Source of the DNA: Takakia lepidozioides
Lineage: Eukaryota; Plantae; Bryophyta
DNA: 64,000 nt
Direction: 5' to 3'
NCBI GenBank assembly: GCA_030704615.1
Contig: CM060731.1
Location: forward strand, 81,778,001-81,842,000
The notes beneath the pieces are model-generated. The model was not told the origin of the DNA. It saw only the letters and a list, made by a program, of their open reading frames with translations, and did no database searches. Made by a program: the position numbers and the translations under genes. Positions 52,488-64,000 of this stretch are shown here, one piece after another; the first letter of the stretch is position 1; the number at the start of each line of letters is the position of its first letter.

Positions 52488-53354
52488 TCTATCTGCCACC
52501 TTTTTGAGTTTACTTACAGGACGCAAATCCCTCAGCTTGACATGTGCTGGGGCTGGTTGGGCGTCTTTTCCTGTGCAGGAGGTCTGCCAAAGACCATGGA
52601 TTCGTCTATGTCATGCTGGAGGGCTTCAATTAAAGTCACTTCTGTACAAGCCTCAAGTAAATATTTGTAATCTTTATTATAACATAAACCCTATTTACTG
52701 TCGCCCTGTTGGGCAGCTGATTTGGCATCATCGAAAAATGGCACGCATTAAGAAAGGCTTCAATTGTAACTTGCCTACCAGAAACTTGGTTCTGTTGGAA
52801 GTGTACTGTAAAATTGTCGTGTTATAGTTGGCTCTTTGCTTTGTGATACCGACAAACATCGGTTAGGGTGTGATCAAGCACTTGATGAGGAAAGATGGTG
52901 TGTTCCCTCTATTTCAATTGTAAAAACATTGGACCAACACTTGGACCAACATAAAATTGCACGACAAGCAAATGATCATTTAGTCATTTAATGGAGGCCC
53001 TAGACCACTATGCAGGTAGCTAGGATCAGGCTTTCGTCTGTTGGTTATACATGCATGCAGTTCTTGTCTGTCAGGAACAAAGATAACAAACTGTTCTGTT
53101 CTGTGGGTCTGTGATCTTTGTTATCTTGCTTCAAGTGGCCCAAGAAGATGAGTTGAAGGGAAATAAGATGACCAACAACACGTGGGAGATATTGATAGTT
53201 TCACTGCCCAAGTGATCTGCACTTCATTCACTGATGGATTCCTGTCCATGACAGTGTCCAGATATTTCTGGACATCTGTTACAAGGAGGCAGATCTCAAA
53301 ATAGGCAAGTCTGAAGCTCTAAGATTGCAGTTCGAAACCGTCAAATGTTTGTCT

Positions 53355-53562
53355 TGACAAGTCCATCACTCTTTTGAGTGGCATTATCCTGCCTAAAGAA
53401 TATTTTACCCTGCTTGGTTTCCATCCAGGCAGCTCGCCCCACTTAACACTGCAGTTGTTTTTCCTGACAAGTCCATCACTCTTTTGAGTGGCATCCTGCC
53501 TAAAGAATATTTTACCCTGCTTGGTTTTCATCCAGGCAGCTCGCCCCACTTAACACTGCAGT
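53355..53562 (+). repeat. Tandem duplication, ~110-bp period
   Basis: tgacaagtccatcactcttttgagtggcat...cccacttaacactgcagt occurs twice. Confidence 0.9.
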
Positions 53563-53904
53563 GCCCCCACCAAAACAACGCATAGAGTGAGTGAACATCA
53601 GTTAGGCTTTTGAAATTGCCAGTCTACTTAGTCTGTATATTGGCTCGGATAATTCTGATTGAAAGTCCCACCCTCGAATAGCTACAACTGGTTGTCTCAA
53701 GTGCAGGTCAATGCAGATGGAAAGAGGCATGAGGGATGAAGACTGTCATCTGACCTGCCCCGACAGATTCCAGTCTTACCCATAATCCTGTGGCAGCTGT
53801 GTTCACAACCAGGAACACCTGAAAGAGAGAGTGAGAGAGGGTTGCTCAAGTAAGATAATGGAAGCCATATCATCGCATGAACCAAAGGATTAAGCATGTT
53901 GTGA

Positions 53905-56539
53905 TCAGAGAGTCACATAGAATAGGAAGTTGATCGAGCAGGGGTCCTTCTTCCAGAGCTGCAAATGAGGAATATGTATGGAGAGAGAGGGAGAGAAGTC
54001 TTCAGAGAGGAATTGGTACCGAGCAACTGGAGGTCACATCTTGGCAGCCACATTCTAGCTGTCCATTCAGAGTATCCAGTGCATGGAATACTCCCCCGCC
54101 CGTGTTTCTCTGCAAGGTTCAACTGTGTGTGAGGATCTTTCTTCTTTCTTTCTCTCTCTCTCATTGGCAATTTGATTTGAGGATGAACAGGTTAGTGCTT
54201 GGGTACCCGGTGAAAACAAATCAAGACGCTGAAACAAGCTGGTGCATACCATATAGTAATCAACCGCTATGAAGTTTGACCACCGGTTGCCGGATGCTGT
54301 GTAGCATGTCCCCAACATGGTGTAGAGCTCATCCGAGTTATCCGCGCAGGAGTCCAGAATATTGGGGTCGCTAGGGAAGTAGTTTTGCAACACTAAGGAC
54401 CTGCTTGTGTCGTTCATGGGAGGTGATTCTGCTCGGTTCGGACATGATCCGGCGATCAGCCCTCCGTCCCCATCTGCAGCACCGAAATTGTTTTAGCAAT
54501 TGTGGACAGCTTTCTTTTCGATCCTTGTGCACTTGCAAGTTCGGGCTCTTACTTCTACAGTTGTTTCAATTGCTGGATTCATGTCTTTGCACTCGCTCAA
54601 GAGGGGAATAAAAGGGAGAACGTACACTGATTCTCCACCATATAGCGCCACTGGTAGGCAATGCCCTCGCTTGCTTCCTTGGAGGACATGGACGTGAAGA
54701 CAAGCAAGCGCTGATTGTTTGTAATCATTTCAGCGAGTGTGGGCCAATCGCCTCCGTTCTGTGGCATACTGGACAAGGGGAACCAATACTGCATCAGCCC
54801 TGCACTTGTGAAGACGTTGGTAAGGCCGTTTGGTGCGTGTACGTAGTCTTCGAAGATGATGGTGATGATCTCGGAAGGGTTTGAATCAAGAAATGATTTG
54901 ATCTCTGCCAGAGTATTGCCCAATGGTTCCTGAGGGAAATTCGGGGCCAGTTTCAATCAGGACCTCTGCTGAAGGACGCTTTCACGGAATCACAACTATC
55001 CTACTGGCTTCAAGGAAAGTAAGACCGTTGTAAAATTCATATAAATCTGCCCCTGCCGACATCATAAGTATGAAGCTGTGATTACAGTAGAAATGTTTTT
55101 TGAATGTATCGAGATCGCATTTCGTGAGTCAGAACTATCCCTGAGAAGAAAAGTCTGTAGTGCCCACTAATTCCCAGAGTTACCTCTCTGAAATTAGGCT
55201 CAGAGACGTCACTTACAAACGCAGTAAAATCATAGCAGTTGCCTCCAAAAGAATGGCAGAGCCAGACATCATTTTTGAAGTCGTAGGTATCCAGCATGAA
55301 TGCCCTAACGCCATCCTGCAACCTCAGACCAAGTCAATTGGATTAAAGAGCTGCAAACTAATCATTTCATACTACTCGCTGGGCCAGTGCAACTGTTCCA
55401 ATCCAGTGTTTTGACGCCTGCCGATGCCAATCATGGTCCGTGATTCAGTTCTTTAGAAGCATTATCCCTCCACACACATAAAGATATGAGAGGATGAGGA
55501 AATCGTTTCAATGACAAAAACAGGTCATCCTATGTACAAAGATATGGTTAACACGCAATTCAGTGAGGGTTGTGGAGAAGCCTTACTTTCAGCTGGTTGG
55601 CGACTCTGTCTTCCTGATTGAAGAATGTGACGATTGGGACTCCCGTTAACGGTGGCGATCCAAGGATTGCGTACGAATTGTGCGTGGTAAGCCATGAGTA
55701 CTTGTTGAAAGGAAGCGACGTGGACTAGATTCCATGCATCCATCACCAAATTGTCTCTGTTAAACTTCAGTAGACAACTGGGATGTCTTCAAAGCTTCTG
55801 GAAGGCCCTCTCTCCCCCTCTCTCTCGCAGACCCATCCAACATGCCCATCTATAGTGGAAAACCCACTACTGGACAAACAGCAATTCAATTACTCCCAGG
55901 CTGATCACATTTTTGTTGATATCCTCCCTCTCCTGTCCTGCGCAACTTTACAGCATCCGGGCAACAATGCATGATTAATTTCCCTCGCTCGCCCAATCTA
56001 TCGCCCTATCTTTCTCATCCCCAGATCATAGCAGGAATCGCCCGGTTAGAGGAACACCTTTGGAAAGGCAGACGTCGGTGTGGCTGTATTACGGCTGCAC
56101 ACTGATAAGACATGACTTATTCCCGCTGCTGGACACTCAGTGCAGTATAGGCCGCTACTGCAATTGGAATCGGTTGAACAGGAGTCCCCTTCCTACTCGA
56201 CACATTCCGTTCCAACAGTGAGAGAAATCTCCAAGAAAGCCTAAAACAAACGCACATTGGACATGACGATTGAAGAGAGACAATCCGGTGTGTACACCCT
56301 TCACTCTGACGGTTGACAACAATCATTGAAGGCTTAATCAGTAAATGCAATCGACCTGAATTGACCTCTCTGGCTGTGGTTCGACAAAAAGGTAGCGAAA
56401 ACTTGAATTCGAAATAATCTCAAAAGGCCAGAATGGAAGGCGTGTGACAAAGCCAAAGTACCTTTCCCTGCGCGGAAACCTCTCTCCAGGTAAGAAGTGC
56501 CCCAAAAAGCACCAACAGCACAGCCCATCTCCTCACCAT
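53905..56539 (-). CDS. Secreted PI-PLC X-domain-containing protein (PLC-like phosphodiesterase); exons 56539-56462, 56192-56058, 55724-55587, 55315-55217, 54929-54626, 54473-54250, 54109-54020; last exon uncertain
   Basis: Signal peptide MVRRWAVLLVLFGALL; LPFNKYSWLTTHNSY; GVRAFMLDTYDFKNDVWLCHS; SEIITIIFEDYV; NQRLLVF; NFIAVDYY. Junction phases are consistent. Confidence 0.9.
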
Positions 56540-57570
56540 GACGTATGCACTAAGGCTCCACTCGAGAGTACCTGCTGCAGTTGGAATTAACAGGAGAAGA
56601 CGCTCGAGAAGAAACAGACTTGTACAAAGAGTTCTATATCCGCTCTATTCCATGTACACACAAGACAGATCGCAACCCTCTAGCATGGACGAGGACCGGG
56701 GAGCATAGAATGTCACGGAGATATCTTCTTGGCACCACGTGTTGCAGAATAATAATGGGGGCCCGGAATGCTTCTGTACATGAATTGCATATGCGATTGT
56801 AAAGGACTTCCCTCCCCGAACTATCCGCCCCTTTCACACCTCTCCCGACTAAATTATGTTAGACCAACTTCTGCATGTTCTAGTTCCGATTTGCAGTAAG
56901 TAATACTCTGGTTATATGTACCTGTGAGAGACTAAACAAGACAGTGGATTATCCAAGGTAGAGAACAATCCAAGTTCTCGAAGCGAGAGAACAGTCGGAA
57001 TCAATTCATCTCCCTGCAGAAAACGGGCGCGTCCGGCAGGCAAGTGTACAAGGCCTTTGCTGCAAGCCAAGCTTACACTCTCCCTCTCTCCCTTCTGTGC
57101 AGGACCCACAAGCTTACTCACCATGATCAAACAACTACAGCCTCCGACGCTTTATGCTTGGCATGTTTTGAATGGAAGATCTCCCTGGCACCATCGCAGC
57201 ACAGGTCAAGTCAGGTGAGAGCCGCCATGGTGCTGGAATGATCCTGCTCTGATGGCGACCCACATTTCTTTCTCGTTTGTCGCTTTGTGCAAACTTGCGG
57301 ACTTGCCAAGCAGCCGCCTTCCACTTTTTTCGATTATTGCTGTTCCTTCTTCGTTTTCCTTATTGCATAACTGGGCATCCAGGATTTGAACCCACGATCC
57401 ACTTTGTGGCCCCTATTCAACTGAGAGTAATAATTGGTGAGTGGAACAAGAATATTCCTAGAATATTCTTTCATCACAGATAGTAAATATTGGAGATCCA
57501 GGAAGAATATTGGAGGGTGGGAAAGAATATTGGACTCCAGCCATAGCCCACATAACAAAGAGCCACTTAG

Positions 57571-57793
57571 ATGGGCCCATTATCATATGAATTGAAAAGT
57601 GCCGAAAAAGTTTTTCTTTTTTTCTTATAATTGTTTGTAAAAAAGTGCCGTAAAAGGCATAGTTTTGGCCAACTAGTAATGTGCACTCAATGGGCCCATT
57701 ATCATATGAATTGAAAAGTGCCGTAAAATGTTTTCTTTTTTTTTAAAAGTGCCGTAAAAGGCATAGTTTGGCCAACTAGTAATGTGCACTCAA
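57571..57793 (+). repeat. Tandem duplication (~120/105 bp)
   Basis: atgggcccattatcatatgaattgaaaagtgccg...ggccaactagtaatgtgcactcaa occurs twice. Confidence 0.88.
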
Positions 57794-57834
57794 CTAAATC
57801 GTGCCCTCGATCCATCCGTAGACACCAAGCTTCA

Positions 57835-58345
57835 CGAAGAAGCCTTGTTGTATGTGCTCGGAATCCTACTCGGCTCTTCATTATTTTCTTAAAATTGTGT
57901 CCGTTTCATTGACGGCAAAGGGCAATTTGAAGGGCAAACTGCAGTCATTGACTGGGTGGTCATTGACAATAGTTTTCAGGACCCATATTCCCACAACTTA
58001 TCCTACAACACATGGGTAGGGCAAAAGAAGAGCGAGAGGGATGACACCAAAGTTAGCGTAAATAAGATCCTGTCCAAGGACTTTGCGAAGAAGCCTTGTT
58101 GGGATATTCATGTTATCCAGAATATGTGCTCGGAGTCCGGCTTGGTTCTTTATTATTATTTTAAATCTGTGGCCATTTTATTCACAGCCAAGAGCAATTT
58201 GAAGGGCAAACTGCAGTCAGTATTGGGCGGTCTTCATTGATGATCGTTTTCATGACCCATACTCCCACAACACTTATCCTACAACACATGGTAGGTCAAA
58301 AGACGAGAAGAGGGATGACACCAACCTGCGTAAATAAAATCCTCG
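57835..58345 (+). repeat. Diverged tandem duplication (~250-270 bp)
   Basis: cgaagaagccttgttg...gcaatttgaagggcaaactgcagtca...cttatcctacaacacatgg...gggatgacaccaa occurs twice. Confidence 0.8.
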
Positions 58346-58799
58346 GTCAAAAGAAGACATTGTAAAAGGGCTTTCAATACCCTGTCTGTAACTAGGGCAG
58401 AGTACTGTGAGTCCGCTTTTGAAATGACCTCTGTTCATATCAAATTGTTTATATGTAAATTTTGTAATTGATAGTTTAAATCAACATTGGAAGAAGGTTA
58501 TTATTTTTTAAATCAAAATTATCCGAAAATTAGAAATCTTGGTGTTTCCATTGACATGCAGACTTACCAACTTCATGACGACACCAACAATGGCAGCTAC
58601 AAAAAAAAACTGTTTTTTGGTGTTGGCATGCAGAATTGCCATTTGAGCACTTTCCAGCATCTTGTGAACATGCTTTGAGTGTTTGCACAAGCAATTGGGC
58701 GGACAATTCCCAAAATAATCCACTTAATAATTTTTTTAAATACAAACTCTGCAAAAGCATCCATGGAACATTGAATTAGCGACCCTCTTTTTCTCCTAA

Positions 58800-60210
58800 G
58801 AGCATCCCCACCAGGTCCTGCTATCAGCCACAGAAACTACAAAATACCGTGTCAATGAGAAAAACCACAAAAACAGAGCCCCACGGGGCACGCTAAAATG
58901 CAGGCCAAGACAAATTTCCACCCACCCTGTATCCTTCTGGGCCGCTATCTCCCCTACAAAAATCAGACACATCGAGTGCGGGCCAACATGGCGGGAAAGC
59001 ATTCAGCCCACCCGCTCTCATTGGCAAGCGGGGTTGAGCGGGAGGTTTGGCGGGCCTGGTACGGTGCCACCTGTGGGGAACATTCCCCTTGTAGCCTCGC
59101 CATCTTTTGGCGGGCCCTGCACATGCCTAGGTAAATGCCACCAGTGGGGAAGCTCTAGATGCCAACTTCCATGTTGGCCAAAGATTGCACTAGATGACAA
59201 AAATGACACCATGCTTCCACGTGTTAATTTTTGCCGGCGCCCAGATATCGGTGGCTGACATCCGTGAGCGCAATACTTGAGAATTTGGGAGGGTTGGTAT
59301 CACGTGAGCACAGCGTGAGCGCAAAAAAATCGCCGCATGAGCAGGATCCACGGTTATAGGGGTGCAGCGGAAATACATATAATAGACGGACATAGGGTCT
59401 TTATGCGTTAATAGGGTCTCCATGGTGTCTAAATATAATGTTAAACATATAAGGAGCTTGAAAAGGAGAAACCTTAATAGAAAAACCAAAACCAAAATCA
59501 AACCCCAATTTCACCGACGAAACCAAGTTTCGTTGGTGAAACCCTTTTTTTTTGTGGTTCTTGCCACATTTGTTTACATGCGCTGATCTTTGAGTTCTGG
59601 CATATCTATTTATGGGTCTTTGTGCTCACGTAAGTTAAGCTTTGGACGATTAATTTCCTGAGTTTTTTGCGTGAGCATGGTTTTCAGATAGTTTCGTATT
59701 TCTTACCGCGTGAGCGCATTTTGGTTTAGCAAGCATATTCTCCAAAATCTACGCCCGCTGGTGTGAGCATGCTCACATGCTACCCAACCTCAGAATTTGG
59801 CGCTAGAATTCATGGCCGATAGTTGGTAATCGCTTTTGACCTGTTGTACTATAGTAACCTCTGCCTCGGTAACAGCCGTCGAGAACTAGGTGCCATGGAC
59901 GGCGTCGACACTGTCTCCGCCAATGTGAATGACTGAGGAAGCCTGGCTTGACGGCTTGCTTCCCTACGCCGTGGATCCAACTCCACCTCTGCACCTCATG
60001 GTTCAGGAGCTCGTGTTGCTCCTCGAGTCACTGCCGCAGCTGACTCCACTTGCACTAGTGGTAGTCCTGCCCCGCACATAGTGGTAGTGGTAGTGTTGCC
60101 CGGTACTAGTGGTAGTGGTGCCCCACCCATAGTGGTAGTGGTAGTGGTAGTGGCACCCCTCACTAGTGGTAGTGCTGCCCCGCACATGAATCCCATGCCT
60201 CCTATGTCTC
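58800..60210. mobile_element. Possible left end of a PIF/Harbinger-type element interrupted by the gypsy LTR
   Basis: TAA followed by GAGCATCCCCA (Tourist-like terminus), GTGAGC-rich subterminal motifs and a decayed low-complexity ORF. The other end is not in the window. Confidence 0.4.
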
Positions 60211-60814
60211 TATCACGGACATAGCCCAGAAGAACTTACCAGGAGTAAATATCAGAAGTTACTAAATTACCATGTTACCGTAATTTACCGTGATCTATCA
60301 TGATTTACCATTACTTACCAAGTTACCGGGAGTTTACCAAATTACCAAGAGTAACTTGGGAAACTGGTCAAGAAGCTTCTTTTGGAGTAAATTTTTCCAT
60401 CAAGATACCTTCTTTGTTTAAGGAAGCTTCTCCATCAAGAAACCTTTGTTTAATCTTGGAAACTTCTCCAGCAAGAAACCTCTATAGGGGAAGCTTCTTA
60501 GGGAAGTTTCTTAGTAGCCAGTATATATAGGAGGCGAGACTGGACACTCTTCAGTCTCGCCAACACAAGTTCAAGCTACTCTTGTTCCCAGTCCCAGTAA
60601 TCCAGTCCAACTTCCAGTACTCTAGTCCAGTTTCCAGCATTCCAGTATTCGAGTCGAGTTCCAGTATCTTGTATTTTTGTCCATTGTTATAAAGATCATC
60701 TTGATTCATGTTTACCCACCATGTATTCGGCCACGCCGACCTTGACTTCTTGTCTAGTCTTGTACCTCTAGTCTGATCTCTTGTTTGTATTCAGTCATGT
60801 TCTCGTCCTTGACA
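60211..60814 (+). repeat. Putative 5' LTR
   Basis: Begins tatcacggac (decayed TGTCA), ends gtccttgaCA, giving a ~10-bp imperfect terminal IR. TATA box at 60522; gag ATG at 60853. Confidence 0.7.
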
Positions 60815-60831
60815 GTTTGGCGAGACTAAAG
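60815..60831 (+). promoter_or_regulatory. Self-priming primer-binding site
   Basis: TTGGCGAGACT (60817-60827) is the exact reverse complement of AGTCTCGCCAA (60553-60563), ~30 nt after the TATA box start. Confidence 0.75.
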
Positions 60832-63800
60832 TTTGTTCCTTAGTTAGTTAAAATGGAAGGCACATTTGTGGAAATGGTCGCCACATTGCAGAGTCTTCAG
60901 CTCCAGATGCAAGAACTTCGTGCATCTACTGCCCAACTACAAGCTGATCAGTCTCAAGATCTTGACAACGCTCTCAACAATTTGCAACAACAAATTTCAG
61001 AATTGAAGGAGTCGAACAATGGATCTTCAACCTTACGAGTCCTTACTACAACAAATCATACTGCAACGGTTCTTCCAAATCTCCAACAGATTACAAGGGA
61101 ACCAAAGGTCAGCATGCCCGAGAAATTTGATGGAACGAGATGAAGATTTCGCGGTTTTGTTCAACAACTACGATTGTTCCTACGACTACATCCACAACGC
61201 TACCCTGATGAAGGTATTCAAGTGGGATTCGTGGGCACCCTTCTATCAGGCACTGCCCTATCTTGGTTTACACCGCTATTAGAGAAAAATTTGCATTTAC
61301 TATACAATTTTGAAGCGTTCATGTCCGAGTTCACTGCAACGTTTGGAGAGAATGATAGAGAAATAGTTGCAGAGACAAAGATGCGAAATCTTCGACAATG
61401 AGCACGTCCAGCTTCCGTTTATAGTGCCGAATTTCGACAACTTGCGTGCGACCTCGACTGGAATGAGAAGAGCCTCATTAATCAGTTTCGATGTGGCCTA
61501 AAAGATGATGTAAAAGATTTATTGCTGACAATGTCAAACGTGAGTACACTGAGCGAATTCATCACCCAAGTCATTGCATGCGATAATCGTTTGTTCGAAA
61601 GACGTCAAGAGAAGCGATCTGGATGGTCGACGACGCACCATGCCGCTGCTACTATTGCACCAAATACAACGATCCATCAGATATCCAGTAATGATCCTAT
61701 GCAGATTGATGCTGTCCGATTCAAGCCATTGACGCCACAAGAAAAACAAAGACGGCGCTCGAATGGATTATGTCTTTATTGCGGAGAAGATGATCACATA
61801 GCATTAAATTGCCGCAACAAGAGAAGATTCAAAGCTCGGGGCACAACTCAAGTGTTCGATACGAGGAGGTCGAAAAACGAAGATGTCTAGTCACAGTAGG
61901 GACCATGCGGCTGGACGCCCAAAATTCCTCACCAAAAAAATGTCTATTTCTACCTCCAGACCCTGTACCTTGTTTCACAGTTCCAGTAAAGATCATGATG
62001 CAAAATCGAGATATCTCCGTAGAAGCACTTTTGGACTCGGGCGCTTCAGCGTGTTTTATTGACAAAGACTTTGCGAAGCAACACAATTTAACGTTTGTAA
62101 AGAATAAATTATCGGCTCATGTTGAAGTCATCGATGGACGACCGTTAGCATCAGGAAATATTGACCATGAAACTCGACCCCTTGAAGTGAAGCTTAAAAA
62201 TCAAGCATCACAGATTGTTTTCAATGTCATCCAGTCTTCAACGAATCATGTGATCCTTGGACTTCCCTGGTTTGTACTTCATAATCCTGACATCGACTGG
62301 CGATCACGAAAAATTTTGGCAAGACAAAAATGCAAAAGTACCAAAGGTATTCAACCCTTGTTTTTTGGAGCTAGAGCCTTCATGAGAGCTACGAAGAAAG
62401 ACGCGACATTTGCACTTTATGCGACTCCAATCAAAACCACAACAGACCAAGGTACTTCGACATTACCCACTCAATATTAAGATTTCAAGGATGTCTTCGA
62501 GAAGAAAAATGCAGACATGTTGCCAAAACATCGACATTATGATTGTGCAATTGAATTGCAAGAATGAGCTCAACCACCATTCGGCCCGATCTACAATTTA
62601 TCTCAGACGGAGCTGGCTGCTTTACGATGAAAATTTGTCAAAGAATTTCATTCGACATTCGAAATCACCCGCGGGAGTACCTATCTTATTTGTGAAGAAG
62701 AAGGACAGATCGTTACGTATGTGTGTGGACTATCGTGGACTCAACAAAGTCACAACTAAAAATCGTTATCCGTTGCCGCTGATTTCTGGGCTTCTCGACC
62801 AACTAGGACGAGCGAAGATTTTCACCAAAATTGACTTGAGATGAGCTTACAACTTTGTACGAATAAAAGAAGGAGACAAATGGAAGATTGCTTTTCGCAC
62901 AAGGTACGGACATTTCGAATACAGTGTTATGTCTTTCGGTCTTATAAATGCTCCAGCAATTTTTCAACACATGATGAATGACATCTTTCCAGAATTTTTA
63001 GATGACTTTGTAGTCATCTATTTGGACGACATTTTGATATTTTCACAGAATGAAGAAGAACATGGTTGTCATGTACGTCTTGTCCTTGGTAAATTGAGGG
63101 AAAAATGACTATATGCCAAGTTGAAAAAATGTCTTTTCCATCAATCTGAAGTCGAATTTTTGGGCTACATTATTTCCGACAAATGCGTCTTTATGGATCA
63201 GAAGAAAATACAAACCATCATCGAGTGGATTAAACCAACTTCGGTCCGAGATGTACAATATTTTCTAGGATTTGCAAATTTCTATAGAATCTTCATCAAG
63301 GATTACTCCAAAATTGCTACACCATTGACACGACTCATAGAGAAGGACAAATTTGTATGGGACGAGAAGTCTGACCAAGCATTTGAAAGGCTGAAGCAAG
63401 CATTTACAACGGCTCCAATACTGGTACATGCAGACCCATCTAAACCATTCTTTTTGGAAGCAAATGCATCGGACTTTGCACTTGGCACGGTACTCTCTCA
63501 ATACGGTACAGATGGTCGACTTCACCCTGTTGGTTTTCGTTCTCGCAAATTTTCCGCTGCGGAGATCAATTATGAATGACAAAGAACTTCTAGCGATTAT
63601 TGATGTTTTTGAGGAGTGACATCATCTATTGGAGGGAGCTAAACATCAGGTCACAGTCTATACCAATCACAAAAACCTCGAGTATTTTATGAGTGCTCGT
63701 GTTTTGAATCGACGTCAAGCGAGATGGAGTATGTCACTAGCAAGGTTTGATTTTATTATTACCTACCGTCCCGGACATCTTGAAGGAAAACCAGATGCTC

Positions 63801-64000
63801 TTTCTCGACGATCGTATCTTGCGCCAAAAGAAGAGGATACAACTTTTGACCAACAGAAATCCATCATCTTGAAACCAGCAAATCTCCAAGTGAATATGCT
63901 ATCTATGTCCACCTATGACGATGTAGAGATCATAAAGGAGATTCAGGAAGCACTGAAGAGCAACCAATTTGCTACGACACTACGAAGTCAACTAAATCGA

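Larger units (their letters stand above)
45148..52633 (+). pseudogene. Cys-rich type I membrane protein with a TSP1 repeat; exons 45148-45217, 45279-45315, 45707-45890, ~46300-46500, 46540-~46730, 46852-47067, 49960-50120, 51982-52145, 52579-52633
   Basis: Signal peptide MDGRGVLLTAVTILGSLLRVSG-Q; Cys-rich exons; TSP1 FKWIPGDWSECTVSCGGGSRRRTVRC...DSKC...PAREESCNSGHC; TM VWAILLLSFASMAGAGGLAFSGY; tail RRSAKDHGFVYVMLEGFN*. Stops at 45302 and 52138 plus frameshifts. Confidence 0.8.
60211..64000 (+). mobile_element. Ty3/gypsy retrotransposon (Tcn1/Tf1-sushi-like), decayed, continues beyond the window
   Basis: 5' LTR, gag (PEKFDG, DPMQID, CLYCGEDDHIALNC), protease LLDSGAS, RT (YLDD), RNase H; many stops. 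Confidence 0.93.

Noticed and set aside
60040-60190. (GTGGTA)n repeats containing CACTAGTG, resembling CACTA ends, telomere repeats or a CRISPR array
   Set aside because: Low-complexity Ser/Gly-coding minisatellite with no unique spacers, TIR pairing or plant telomere unit.

Overview
Eukaryotic nuclear DNA with spliceosomal introns, most likely from a non-seed land plant (bryophyte, lycophyte or fern). This is inferred from the PLS-DYW PPR genes, the Tcn1- and Galadriel-like chromoviruses and a bryophyte-type MULE-SWIM transposase. The left ~23 kb is a nest of transposons: a CACTA right end, a MULE-SWIM transposase split by a Galadriel-like Ty3/gypsy, a deletion junction with a LINE 3' end and a PPR fragment, and a large CACTA element. 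Downstream of its transposase, that CACTA element carries a spliced gene with the motif order of a beta-class (N6_N4_Mtase-like) DNA amino-methyltransferase. The gene region holds an apparently intact 8-exon inositol transporter (hAT MITE and full-length LINE in intron 6, GC-AG intron 7), a frameshifted PPR-DYW gene, a 3'-truncated Methyltransf_29-type gene, a 9-exon pseudogene for a Cys-rich thrombospondin type-1 (TSP1) type I membrane protein, and an apparently intact PI-PLC X-domain gene. The introns of the TSP1 pseudogene are stacked with copies of one LINE family inserted at (TC)n tracts. The window ends in a decayed Tcn1-like gypsy element whose primer-binding site is complementary to its own predicted 5' end (Tf1-type self-priming). 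All calls come from manual reading and translation; no database searches were run.
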